Made by a program: the position numbers and the translations under genes
NCBI GenBank assembly: GCA_963708285.1
Contig: CAVPSF010000001.1
Location: 99,479 to 163,478, forward strand
Direction: 5' to 3'
From: an uncultured Acidobacteriota bacterium
GTDB lineage: Bacteria > Acidobacteriota > Terriglobia > Acidiferrales > UBA7541
Length of the DNA stretch: 64,000 nt
Shown here: positions 33,655 through 42,964 of the stretch, piece by piece
Layout of the letters: the number at the start of each line of letters is the position of its first letter
How positions within the stretch are numbered: position 1 is the first letter of the stretch
Notes under the pieces: model-generated
Database searches by the model: none
Told to the model about the DNA's origin: nothing
The model's input: only the letters and a program-made list of their open reading frames with translations

Positions 33655-33663
33655 GCGTTCCTT

Positions 33664-34374
33664 TTACGATTCCCGGGTATCCGCCTCGAGCCTTTCGAGC
33701 GCCAGGCGCGCCGACGATTGTTCGGCTTCCTTCTTGCTGCGGCCTTCGGATGCGGAAAGCTTGCGGCCCGCATGCCACACTTCCACCTCGAATGTTTTCT
33801 GATGCTCCGGGCCGGTTTCCGAATGCACGCGATATTCCACCGGAGCCAGGCTGCGCTGCTGCAGCCATTCCTGGAGTGCGGATTTGTGGTCCGCGCTGGC
33901 CAGGGATTTCCCTTCGGGCTGCGCGGAAAGAGCGGGATCGAGCAGCGTGCGCCGCAGGAAGGCCGCGGAAGCGTCCAGGCCGGCGTCCAAATAAATGGCG
34001 CCGATGATGGCTTCGTAAGCGTCCGACAAGAGTCGCTTCTTCTCGCGGCCGCCAGTTTTTTCTTCTCCCGGGCCGAGTCGCAGATGATCGCCAAGTTTCA
34101 GGCGCCGGGAAACTGCCAGAATCGAAGACGCGCTCACCAGCCGCGCCAGGCCCTTCGAAAGCTCCCCGGCATCCCAATCGGGAAACAAGCGGCAAAGATG
34201 TTCGCTGGTGACCAGGCCGAGGACGCGGTCTCCCAAAAATTCCAGCCGCTCATTATCCAGGCCGCCGGAATTCTGGCGATGCGAGCGATGCGTGAGCGCG
34301 CGATCGAGCCTTTCGGGATGGGTGAAGCGATGACCCAAGATGGATTCGATTTCCGCGCGCTCCTCTTCGGTCAT
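33664..34374 (-). CDS. rnc: Ribonuclease III
   Basis: NERLEFLGDRVLG is the RNase III signature. A C-terminal dsRBD is present (…GPEHQKTFEVEV…GRSKKEAEQSSA). Confidence 0.9.
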   Translation of the reverse strand: MTEEERAEIESILGHRFTHPERLDRALTHRSHRQNSGGLDNERLEFLGDRVLGLVTSEHLCRLFPDWDAGELSKGLARLVSASSILAVSRRLKLGDHLRLGPGEEKTGGREKKRLLSDAYEAIIGAIYLDAGLDASAAFLRRTLLDPALSAQPEGKSLASADHKSALQEWLQQRSLAPVEYRVHSETGPEHQKTFEVEVWHAGRKLSASEGRSKKEAEQSSARLALERLEADTRES

Positions 34375-34389
34375 CGCTCCCCTCGACTC

Positions 34390-35292
34390 TTATTTGGGCG
34401 CCGCAGCCGCCTGCTTCTTGGCATCCGCGGCGCTTTGCTTGCAGCGGTCGGCAAGCGCGCTGGGGATGGAAGCGCATTTATCAAACGCTGCGGCAGCCTC
34501 GGAATATTTCTTCAATTGCGAATACTCGAATCCCATCACAAAAAAATCGGTGGGGTCAGGAGTGGCGGCAGATTGCTCGGAGAGCTGCAGCTCGCTGATG
34601 GAATTGGTAAAATCCTGGCGCCGGAAATAAATCAGACCGAGTCCGCTGTGCGCCTGGGAAGTGGCCGCCGCCTTGGCCTTTGCGAACTGTTCGTCGGTCA
34701 TGGGGCCGGGCTTGGTCATGGTGGGGATCAGCGTCAGCGCGTGCTTTTCATAGGTTTCCGCCTTGTCGAGACGCCGGTCCGCCTCCATGTCGTTGGGATC
34801 GTAGTTGTGCGGAATCACCCAGCCGACCAGCACCAGGACGTTGACATCGTCCGGATTCACAAGAAGCGCCTTGTCCGCAGCGGCGTACATCTTGTCGATC
34901 TGCTGCTTGCTGAAATACGCCTCGGTGAGCCGCGAATAAACGGATTCGTCGTACCGGCTCGAAGGATACTTTTGCACGAATCCTTCGCCGAGCTTGATGA
35001 CCGTGTCGGCATCGGAAGCATCGGTGCCGTAAAAAGCCTTGTAATCCGCTTCTTCGGCGGGATCCAATTTGGGAGCTTCGGTGGCGGCCAAAGGACCGGA
35101 AGCGGGAGGCGCGGTGGGAGCGGTGGTGGAAGAAGCGCCCGGGGGGGTTGATTGTTGCTGCTGCGGCGATTGCTGCTGCTGTTGTTGCTGCTGATACTGC
35201 GAGGCGCTGACCGAACTGATTGCAAAAACAAGTCCCGCGGCAAGCAGCGAAGTCGAGAGCAAGATTCCAGATCGTGTGATCGGGAAATTCAT
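34390..35292 (-). CDS. Secreted TPR-like protein with N-terminal poly-glutamine tract
   Basis: The start at MNFPITRSG… is preceded by GGAGGGG. After the signal-like segment come QYQQQQQQQQSPQQQQS, a P/A/T-rich linker and helical repeats. Confidence 0.65.
   Translation of the reverse strand: MNFPITRSGILLSTSLLAAGLVFAISSVSASQYQQQQQQQQSPQQQQSTPPGASSTTAPTAPPASGPLAATEAPKLDPAEEADYKAFYGTDASDADTVIKLGEGFVQKYPSSRYDESVYSRLTEAYFSKQQIDKMYAAADKALLVNPDDVNVLVLVGWVIPHNYDPNDMEADRRLDKAETYEKHALTLIPTMTKPGPMTDEQFAKAKAAATSQAHSGLGLIYFRRQDFTNSISELQLSEQSAATPDPTDFFVMGFEYSQLKKYSEAAAAFDKCASIPSALADRCKQSAADAKKQAAAAPK
35152..35202 (-). repeat. Imperfect (CAG/CAA)n trinucleotide tract encoding poly-Q
   Basis: The plus strand reads ttgttgctgctgcggcgattgctgctgctgttgttgctgctg. 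It lies next to a run of seven G (cccgggggggttg). Confidence 0.7.
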
Positions 35293-35352
35293 GTACGTCC
35301 CCTCCATGGTTGAGTGCCTTCAGGTGTGGCGCGAGAATCGGCGCACCCGAGG

Positions 35353-36951
35353 TTATTTCTGTTCGTCTTTGTTCCCGGAGTCCGGCGGCAAATTCGCCGC
35401 ATCGATTCCCCGCTGCGCAGCTACACGCGCCGCCTCCGGCGCCCCGGAAACTGCCAGCGCCGCGCGGTATTCGCCAAGTGCCAAATCCCGATCTTCCTCC
35501 AGATCGTGAATTCTGCCGAGATATACATGCGACCAGGCCTGGATCGACGGGTCGGTGACTCCGGCGGATGAGCCCGAGGCCGGCGCGGCCAGTAGTTGCT
35601 GAAATAGCGCCGTGGCTTGATCGATTTTTCGCGACAAGATGGAAGCGATCGCCAGACCGTAAACCGCGCGCGGCTCCGAGGGATGCTTCGCGAGAATTTG
35701 CTGAAAGACGGCTTCCGCCGCGGGGCCGTTCTTGATGGCGATCTGGCGGTCGCCTTCAGCCAGTGCGCGATCCAGATCGGAAACGCGCCCGCCATGAGCC
35801 GCGGCATCAAGTTGCGGAGCGGATGATGCGCTGGGTTGCGCAAACTTGATATTTTGCAGCCGCTTTTGCTCCGCGGCCACGTCGATTCCGGCGATCAGGT
35901 CCGGAAAATAGTAGGACATGGCGGGTTCGGCCTTCTCGAATTTCATCAGCTGCGTGACGATGGGATGCACCATGATGAAGCCGTCGGCGTCGTCCTGGGC
36001 CATCGCATCATCCAGCTGCTGCGGAGTCAAATGGCGCAAGCGCAGCTCGACGGCCTTGATCAGGCATTCATCGGCGAAAGAAATAAAATCGTCCTGATAT
36101 TGCACCGGCAAGCGTGGCGCGCGCGCGGCAATATTCAAAAGCGCGCGCTTGGCGTTCAACTGATCGCGGTACTTGAGCGGGAGAGGGTCCAGCAGGAAAT
36201 GCAAATAAGCATGCTGGATATCGGCGACGGGAGGTTCGCTGCCGGTGCCCACCACGATGGCGTAATTATTTCCGGAATTGCGGAAATTGGTGCGATTGCC
36301 GACCAGCGGTTCCACGTATACGGAAAAGGTGCGCCGGCTTGAGGGTTTCACGATCTCGCGGAGGTAGCCGTTCGAGACCATCACAATGCGGCGGACGATG
36401 GGCTGATAAAAATCGATTGCGCGGTTGTATTCCGGCTCGACTCTCTGCCAGCGCGCATCGAGGTTCGCTTCGCGATAAAAATTCGAAAGTACGGTCTGAA
36501 AGTCCTCGATGGCCAGCACATCGGGAGGCAGCAAATCATGTTCCACCGTGTAATCAAAATCGGGCGGAGGGCCGGCCACCAGCGCGAAAGTGATATACCG
36601 CGAAAGTGTTTCGCCGGGATCGGCCAGGGCGTGATCGCGGTAATACTGGCGCAGCGCATCCGCGGCGGGACCTTGCGATTTCAATAATTCATCGCGCAGC
36701 GCAAGACGTGCGGGCATTTCCGCCAGCGTGCTTTCGTCGGCGTCAAATCCCGCGGCATCAAGCGCGCACATGGTGGCGAATAATTGCGGGCTGGCCGCCA
36801 CGGTGATCCCGCTGTTCGCTTCGGCTTGGGAAGCCTGCAACGGCGGCGCGGCTACAGGTTCGCCGGAAGGAATCGCGGCGGCCGCGGCGGCAACGATAGC
36901 CAGAGTCGCGGCGCAAAGAAAAATTTTCCGCGGCGCGAAAAAAGATCGCAT
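35353..36951 (-). CDS. Secreted hypothetical protein with C-terminal TPR repeats
   Basis: The start is taken at MRSFFAPRKIFLCAATLAIVAAAAAA (signal-like); the ORF track begins at 37008. The C-terminus has TPR-like helices (…AVYGLAIASILSRKIDQATALFQQLL…GRIHDLEEDRDLALGEYRAAL). Confidence 0.6.
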   Translation of the reverse strand: MRSFFAPRKIFLCAATLAIVAAAAAAIPSGEPVAAPPLQASQAEANSGITVAASPQLFATMCALDAAGFDADESTLAEMPARLALRDELLKSQGPAADALRQYYRDHALADPGETLSRYITFALVAGPPPDFDYTVEHDLLPPDVLAIEDFQTVLSNFYREANLDARWQRVEPEYNRAIDFYQPIVRRIVMVSNGYLREIVKPSSRRTFSVYVEPLVGNRTNFRNSGNNYAIVVGTGSEPPVADIQHAYLHFLLDPLPLKYRDQLNAKRALLNIAARAPRLPVQYQDDFISFADECLIKAVELRLRHLTPQQLDDAMAQDDADGFIMVHPIVTQLMKFEKAEPAMSYYFPDLIAGIDVAAEQKRLQNIKFAQPSASSAPQLDAAAHGGRVSDLDRALAEGDRQIAIKNGPAAEAVFQQILAKHPSEPRAVYGLAIASILSRKIDQATALFQQLLAAPASGSSAGVTDPSIQAWSHVYLGRIHDLEEDRDLALGEYRAALAVSGAPEAARVAAQRGIDAANLPPDSGNKDEQK

Positions 36952-37144
36952 CGTTTCGGCAATCGCAATCCTACTCAAGCGTTCCTTACCCTTCGGGATT
37001 CCCTTCACTTTGCGGGTGCCTGGTCCCGGGACGCGCTTCCCCCATCCGGCCTGTGCGCGTGTATTGAAACTTTAGCGGGGGGTTTGCGAAGAGTCAAGGA
37101 AGTGGAGGAAATTGCGCGAGCGGACCCCAGACCGGAATCGAAAA

Positions 37145-37840
37145 TCATCCGTGGACGCGGACTTCGCTGAAGCTCAAAAGCACGCGGCCGCCATTCATGG
37201 GCAGGCCAAAACTAACCAGCGGGCTGAAGCGCGAAAACAGCAGCACTTGATCGAGCTGGTGCTTCACGGCCACGGTGCTGGGCCCGGACAGAATCTGGTA
37301 GCTGACCACTTCTCCCTGGGCATTGAGCGTGGCTTCGAGCATCAGCCCGCCCGAATTCGGCTGGCCGTCGGCGGAAACCACTCCGGGAACCGGGAATGGC
37401 GCGAGGCTTTCAAGACGCGCGGGCTGGACCAGATTCAACGGCAAATCGTTGGGCACGGCGCCCAGCGGCACTCCCACCGCGATATTGTTCACCACCAGAA
37501 CGAAGACCACCAGCGCGGTGAGAATTCCGCCGGTGGCCGGAACGGCCAGCGGCTCGAGAATATTTTCAAATACCAGGACGAAGCGTCCCCACAGGCGGTG
37601 CAGCGCCGCCCAGCCAGGCTGCGATTGCGAAGCGCGCACGCGAATGCGCGTCGCGAGATCGGAAGGAGGCGCAACGGGGTTCACTTGCGCCAGGCAAATC
37701 GCCAGCTTGCGGAACCGTTCGAGCTGCTCGCGGCAGGATTCGCAGGCGTCCAGATGCACGCGCAAATGCGCGCGCTCACCCGACGGCACTGCGCCGTCGA
37801 GATATCCCGGCAGGCGGCGTTCAGCTTCACGGCAATTCAT
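37145..37840 (-). CDS. Anti-sigma factor with N-terminal zf-HC2 motif and one TM segment
   Basis: MNCREAERRLPGYLDG…HLRVHLDACESCREQ (H-x3-C-x2-C). It overlaps the stop of the ECF sigma gene by 4 nt. Confidence 0.8.
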   Translation of the reverse strand: MNCREAERRLPGYLDGAVPSGERAHLRVHLDACESCREQLERFRKLAICLAQVNPVAPPSDLATRIRVRASQSQPGWAALHRLWGRFVLVFENILEPLAVPATGGILTALVVFVLVVNNIAVGVPLGAVPNDLPLNLVQPARLESLAPFPVPGVVSADGQPNSGGLMLEATLNAQGEVVSYQILSGPSTVAVKHQLDQVLLFSRFSPLVSFGLPMNGGRVLLSFSEVRVHG

Positions 37841-38625
37841 CGCAAGCCTCCCTCGGTTTTCACGCTTGCGGCAGCCGCGGCACGCGCCATTACCTGAGCC
37901 GGGGCGTCGGAAAAGGATGAGGACCGCGCAGGACGCTCGGCAACGGGCCCGGAAATCTGCGGCTTGTTTTCAACGCTGGAAGTCGTGGCACGCGCCGGCA
38001 AACTGGCTCGCGCGGAATCCTTCGAAGAATGCAGCAGCGGATCGAGAATCGTCTTCAGCAGCCGCCGGCCGCGCAAAATGCGCGATTTTACGGTTCCCAC
38101 GGAAACTTCCAGCACTTCCGCCACATCTTCGTAGGAAAGCCCTTCGAGATCCCTTAAAAGCACGGCGCTGCGAAACACCGTGGGAATCTGTCCCAGCGCG
38201 GATCGCACCGCCGCCTGCATTTCGGCGGTCGCGTACTGATCATATGGGGATGCCTCGTCGTCCTTCAGGTCCAGCGCCGCGGATTTTCCACCGTCGCCCA
38301 CATCGATGGAAACCTGGCCGCGATGATGCCGCCAGCACCAGCGGCGATGGTTGAGCGCCTGGCGCACGGAGATGCGGTATAGCCACGTCTTGAGCGAACT
38401 GCCCTGGCGGAAGCCGCGAATCCCGCGAAAGGCATGGAGAAAAACTTCCTGGGTTACGTCGGCGGCGTCGGCGCGGTCGGAGAGGATGCCGTAAGCCAGA
38501 TTGAACACACCCGCGTGGTAATAAGTGACGAGCCAATCGAATGCCGCGTCGGATCCCGCCTGAAGCTCGTTTACCAGCTCGGCTTCATTGCGTCCCCACG
38601 GCAGAATTTGTGCCAGGTCGGACAT
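37837..38625 (-). CDS. ECF-type RNA polymerase sigma-70 factor with about 70-aa low-complexity C-terminal extension
   Basis: Region 2 is DVTQEVFLHAFRGIRGFR…LKTWLYRISVRQAL and region 4 is LLRDLEGLSYEDVAEVLEVSVGTVKSRILRGR. The start is taken at MSDLAQ; the ORF track begins at 38724. Confidence 0.8.
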   Translation of the reverse strand: MSDLAQILPWGRNEAELVNELQAGSDAAFDWLVTYYHAGVFNLAYGILSDRADAADVTQEVFLHAFRGIRGFRQGSSLKTWLYRISVRQALNHRRWCWRHHRGQVSIDVGDGGKSAALDLKDDEASPYDQYATAEMQAAVRSALGQIPTVFRSAVLLRDLEGLSYEDVAEVLEVSVGTVKSRILRGRRLLKTILDPLLHSSKDSARASLPARATTSSVENKPQISGPVAERPARSSSFSDAPAQVMARAAAAASVKTEGGLR

Positions 38626-38854
38626 GCCTTGCGCCGCTCCTCCAGGCTGTGTCCCTTCAATTAGCTTAGACACCGCCTGGGTTCCGTAAGTTGCCAGCAT
38701 AGCAGAAAACCGCAGGGCGGGCATGGAGCCGAAGTACTGGCCCGAGGCGGGCTTTGCGAAGGATCATCGGCGGCGTGGGGGTGAGGACAGGAGATATTAC
38801 CCATCTAGCCGGTACGTTGTGTAACCCATGTGTCCGGGTTGGACCTTCTTGAAA

Positions 38855-38930
<76 letters not shown>

Positions 38931-39073
38931 ACCGATCGAGAAACCAGCGTGTAATGTTTATAGCATTCGCGGACGGAAGGCGTCAAACCAAGCCATGGCG
39001 GAACGTTTCTCGAACCGCGAACGCCTGCTCATCGGAGATGACGCGACGAACCGGCGAGGCGTACGCTGGGAAA

Positions 39074-39716
39074 TTATCTTGGCGCCTTGAACCAGCTATA
39101 TCCAATGGTGAAAAAAATCGAGCCGTTGTAGCCCGGGTTCTGAGGCCCGAGGCTGGCGCTTGAAATGTGAACCGCGGATATTTCCAGCCGCAACGCGCGG
39201 CCTTGTCTGGAAAAAATCTGCACGCCGAAGGAGCACTGCGGGGTGAAGTTGACCTGCGAAGTGTTTCCGGGAGGGATGTTTTCGCGAGTGAAGAGCACGC
39301 CGCCGGCCACGGCAGCGTAGGGCACGATCTTGCGGTAGCTCGTGAAATTCCATTGCCAGATCACCGGCTTGAAACTGCCGCCGTAAACGGCGCGCGTCGG
39401 GGGAAAGACGGTGAAGACAGGCAGGGCCTCGACGGCCCATTCAAAATTCCCGCGAAACGGGCCGGAGAGATGATCGCCGATAAGGATGCGCCCGGCGCGT
39501 CCGCCGGCATACATGAATTGCGTGTTGTCGGATTTTCCAACGCCTGAGCCGCCGCCGGCCAAAATTCCCAGCTCCCAGGTTCCCTTTTTTCATACTGCGC
39601 GCCACGAAATTCTGCGAGCTATCCTGCGCGGTTCCTCGGGCATTCACGGATGCATCCTGCGCAAGGAGATTTGCCGCGAGGAAAAAGAAGCACAAGAATC
39701 CGGCGATGATTTTCAT
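39074..39716 (-). pseudogene. PagL-like lipid A deacylase / acyloxyacyl hydrolase outer-membrane protein, frame broken in an A6G3 run
   Basis: The upstream frame gives the signal peptide MKIIAGFLCFFFLAANLLAQDAS…SMKKG. One frame over, the text continues KKGTWELGILAGGGSGVGKS…VHISSASLG…FFTIGYSWF, a beta-barrel with an H-x-S motif. In the downstream frame a TGA lies directly before the A-run. Confidence 0.7.
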
Positions 39717-39908
39717 ATTTTCCCCAAGTAGGATGACGCCTTCCCGTTGTCGAATGGAAATTGGCCGGCGCCATTGAGGCCTGCCTTCCCGCCGGGCCGG
39801 CAAACGTGCAGACTATTGCAGGCCGCTTGCCGGGTCAAGGAGTCGAATCACCTCCGCAGCCATCATCCCTTGCGCTGGAGAGAGGGAAAACGTAGTCTAT
39901 GCGGCGGC

Positions 39909-40613
39909 ATGACCCCCAACATTCTGGTCCTCGGCGTAATCTGGTACATCGTCTTTTTATTTTCCACCACTTGCCATGAAGCGGCGCACGCCCTGGTGGC
40001 GAAACTAGGCGGCGATGAGACGGCCGCGCGCGGCGGCCAAGTTTCACTCAATCCTATCCCGCATATTATGCGCGAGCCCATCGGCATGGTCGTGATTCCC
40101 ATTGTCACCTATGGCCTGTGGGGCTGGATGATGGGGTATGCCAGCGCGCCGTACGATCCGGCATGGCAACAAAAGTATCCCCGCCGCGCGGCGTGGATGG
40201 CTCTGGCGGGACCGGGTGCGAATTTCCTTTTGGTGATTTTTTCCGCGCTGGCCATTCGCGGCGGGATGCTTTTCGGAATTTTTCATGAACCGGCCAGCGT
40301 CACTTTCACGCATCTGACCGATGCTGCAGGTCCGGGCCTCGCGGGATTCGCCGCCACTTTTCTGAGTATTTTTCTGGTTCTCAATCTGGTCCTCGGTACA
40401 TTCAATTTATTTCCGGTCCCGCCGCTCGACGGAAATGTGGGGATCACGCTGCTGATGAGCGAGGAGAAGGCGCTGCGATTCATGGAATGGACGCGCACCC
40501 AGGGATTCGGACTGATCGGCCTGCTGGTCGCTTGGTACGCCTACGATAAAATTTTCGGCTTCATCTTCACGCTCATGCTCAATGTGCTGTACCCTGGCTC
40601 GCATTGGGGTTGA
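39909..40613 (+). CDS. M50-family (site-2 protease-like) membrane metalloprotease
   Basis: The start is at MTPNILVLGVIWYIVF. The HExxH motif (CHEAAHALVA) sits in the first TM region, and several further TM segments follow. Confidence 0.75.
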   Translation: MTPNILVLGVIWYIVFLFSTTCHEAAHALVAKLGGDETAARGGQVSLNPIPHIMREPIGMVVIPIVTYGLWGWMMGYASAPYDPAWQQKYPRRAAWMALAGPGANFLLVIFSALAIRGGMLFGIFHEPASVTFTHLTDAAGPGLAGFAATFLSIFLVLNLVLGTFNLFPVPPLDGNVGITLLMSEEKALRFMEWTRTQGFGLIGLLVAWYAYDKIFGFIFTLMLNVLYPGSHWG

Positions 40614-40795
40614 TCCCTTCGTTTTGACCGCCTGAACATCGAGTGGCCTGGTTCAAAGCAGCACAACATTTGCGAATGGTACATTCAGGGCCGCGCGCGC
40701 CGGAGAACGCGTTGCGCTAACCCCTTTCGCGCGTGCCACCTGCGCGCGAGGGCGTTTGGCCACTCCGCTGCAATGATCATCGCGGAGGCATTCAA

Positions 40796-41140
40796 ATGAA
40801 TTACGAATTTCCTGAGGTGGCAACAAACCAGTTTCGCGTGGAAGTATCCGGTTGGGATTGCCACGAAGTTTTTTTCGTGGAAAAAACGCTGCTCGAATGG
40901 GAGCCCGACCGGCCTCGTGAAATCACGCTCGCTTCTACTTTGCGACCCGGCAGCATGGTCTTCATCCGCTTGATGCAGACCGCGGCGGCCACCATGCCCT
41001 TCCCCATCGCTTATCAAGTGCTCGATGTGAGAGGTGAAAAGGCCGATGGACGCTCGCGCGCCAAGCTGCAACAGTTGCGTTCACGCACAGGGAACGAAGC
41101 GCATTTGGACTTGGTGAGAGAAAAGACCCGCGTGGCGTGA
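40796..41140 (+). CDS. Small hypothetical protein (possibly PilZ-like beta-barrel without RxxxR)
   Basis: The 114-aa ORF starts at MNYEFPEV, with GGAGG 8 nt upstream. The segment FRVEVSGWDCHEVFFVEKTLL loosely parallels LTVTGVDALGQSFKERTTT of the PilZ-like protein at 47629. No firm family call is possible. Confidence 0.5.
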   Translation: MNYEFPEVATNQFRVEVSGWDCHEVFFVEKTLLEWEPDRPREITLASTLRPGSMVFIRLMQTAAATMPFPIAYQVLDVRGEKADGRSRAKLQQLRSRTGNEAHLDLVREKTRVA

Positions 41141-41194
41141 ATGAATACCTCGAAAAGCGCGCGGTTGGCATGAAAGAATAGGAGGAGATTTTCG

Positions 41195-41320
41195 ATGTCG
41201 GTGAGTTCGGCAATGAAACTCCCCTCCCGTATTGGAACGGCGCCAGGTTCAACAGATTCACGCCGACGCGCCGAAAAATATTCCTTCCGCGTAATTCGGA
41301 AATCTCAAAGGCCGAACTAA
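41195..41320 (+). CDS. Candidate 41-aa small ORF with strong Shine-Dalgarno (unverified)
   Basis: AGGAGGAG lies 7 nt upstream of the ATG. The translation is MSVSSAMKLPSRIGTAPGSTDSRRRAEKYSFRVIRKSQRPN. The ORF sits in a lower-GC intergenic stretch, is below the ORF-track length cutoff, and has no homology evidence. Confidence 0.3.
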   Translation: MSVSSAMKLPSRIGTAPGSTDSRRRAEKYSFRVIRKSQRPN

Positions 41321-41413
41321 ACCAAACAATAGACAGGTGATACCCATCGCTTTAGAGCGGTCGCCTCGAACCATGTTCCAAAATGATAGGATTTCTTCAC
41401 CCCTGTGACAATC

Positions 41414-41428
41414 TGGCACGGGCCTTGC
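41414..41428 (+). promoter_or_regulatory. Sigma-54 (-24/-12) promoter-like element TGGCAC-N5-TTGC
   Basis: TGGCACgggccTTGCc matches the RpoN consensus with correct spacing. It lies 16 nt upstream of the ATG (41444) of a sigma-54 activator gene. Confidence 0.5.
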
Positions 41429-41443
41429 CTGATCACTTTCATT

Positions 41444-42859
41444 ATGCCTACGCAAACTGAAAAATCGGGTGCCGTAGTGGCGCGCAAGAATCTGCAGGTA
41501 TGCGTCTTGGACGACGAACCGGACCTGGTGGAACTGGCCACGGAGAAATTGGGAAAAGCCGGGTTTGCCGCGGTGGGGACGACAAACGCGCTCGAAGCGC
41601 TGGAAAAAATCAGGCTCGGTGAGTGCCGCGCGGTTCTTGCTGATTTCAAAATGCCGGAAATGGACGGGATGGCGTTTCTAGAGAAAGCCCTGGAATGCGA
41701 CCCGGGAGTCTATGTCCTGCTGATGACCGGATTCTATTCGGTCGAGGCGGCCATCGATGCCATCAAGCACGGCGCTTACGATTATCTTTGCAAGCCCATT
41801 GATTACCAGCGCCTGGTGAAGGCGCTCGACGATCTGGCGGAGGTGTTCACGCAAAGATTGCAAGTCCGCAACCTCGAAGATCGCCTGCTGCACACCATGC
41901 AGGTACATGGAATCGTGGGAAAGAGTCCGGCCATGCTGGAGATGATCGATCTGACAAAAAAAGTGGCGCGACACTATTCCAATGTGCTGGTCACTGGGCC
42001 GACGGGTTCCGGCAAAGAATTGGTGGCTCGTGCACTCCATCAGATGAGCCCGGTATCTCACCAAAAATTCGCGGTATGCAATTGTTCGGCGCTGGTGGAT
42101 TCGCTGCTGGAAAGCCAGCTTTTCGGCCACGTGCGCGGCTCATTTACCGGCGCCTCCGAAACCCGGCCGGGGCTATTCGAATATGCCAACGGCGGAACGG
42201 TATTCCTCGACGAAATCGGGGAAACTTCGGCATCCATGCAGGCGAAATTATTGCGCGTGATTCAAAACCGGGAAGTGCAGCGGGTAGGATCTCCGGAAGT
42301 GAAAAAGGTGGATGTGCGCGTGATCGCCGCCACCAACCGCGATCTGCGCGCCGAGGTGCTTGCCGGAAAATTCCGCGAAGACCTTTTCTACCGTTTGAGC
42401 AGCATCGAGATTCGCGTGCCGGGCCTGCGCGAACGTCCCGAAGACATCCCCATCCTGGTGCAGCATTTTCTGGAAAAATACAGCGAAGCCTACGGCAAAG
42501 CCTTTCACGGTTTGTCGCGGCGCGCGCAAATGGTTCTGCTGCGCTACGACTGGCCGGGCAACGTGCGCGAGCTTGAAAACGTGATTTCCAGTTCGGCCAT
42601 CGTGGCCAACGCCGATTTCATCGATCTGTGCGACCTGCCGGAGCAACTGCAAAAACCGCGGCGGCGCAGCACCGCGCAGGATGAAAGCTGGCAACCCCTG
42701 CAACTCGATGAAATGCGGAAAATCCATATTCAGCGGGTGCTGGATATGTGCAATGGCAATCGCGTGCGCACCGCGCAAGTGCTGGGAATCGGGCGCACCA
42801 GCCTTTATCGCTTCCTCAAGCGTGGCGGGAAGCATGCCGCCGCTCATGGCGCAGCCTGA
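41444..42859 (+). CDS. Sigma-54-dependent response regulator (NtrC/Fis family)
   Basis: It has a receiver domain (VLDDEPDLVE…ADFKMPEMDG), AAA+ motifs (GPTGSGKE, GSFTGA, DEIGE) and a C-terminal HTH (NRVRTAQVLGIGRTSLYRFL). The ORF track starts at 41405. Confidence 0.9.
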   Translation: MPTQTEKSGAVVARKNLQVCVLDDEPDLVELATEKLGKAGFAAVGTTNALEALEKIRLGECRAVLADFKMPEMDGMAFLEKALECDPGVYVLLMTGFYSVEAAIDAIKHGAYDYLCKPIDYQRLVKALDDLAEVFTQRLQVRNLEDRLLHTMQVHGIVGKSPAMLEMIDLTKKVARHYSNVLVTGPTGSGKELVARALHQMSPVSHQKFAVCNCSALVDSLLESQLFGHVRGSFTGASETRPGLFEYANGGTVFLDEIGETSASMQAKLLRVIQNREVQRVGSPEVKKVDVRVIAATNRDLRAEVLAGKFREDLFYRLSSIEIRVPGLRERPEDIPILVQHFLEKYSEAYGKAFHGLSRRAQMVLLRYDWPGNVRELENVISSSAIVANADFIDLCDLPEQLQKPRRRSTAQDESWQPLQLDEMRKIHIQRVLDMCNGNRVRTAQVLGIGRTSLYRFLKRGGKHAAAHGAA

Positions 42860-42964
42860 AATTTTCATCCGCCGCTGGCTGCATGCGCGGCTGGGGAGCG
42901 CGTCGCGCGCGGACCCGCCTTCGAGCGACGCGCGCCCCGTTCCCGTAAATTCTCTCCCAGCCGT

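Noticed and set aside
32671-35151. 826-aa ORF on the plus strand spanning about 2.5 kb
   Set aside because: It runs antisense to lepB, rnc and the TPR gene, all of which have clear family motifs. Its translation is Arg/Gly/Ala-rich with no motifs. This is a typical GC-rich shadow ORF.
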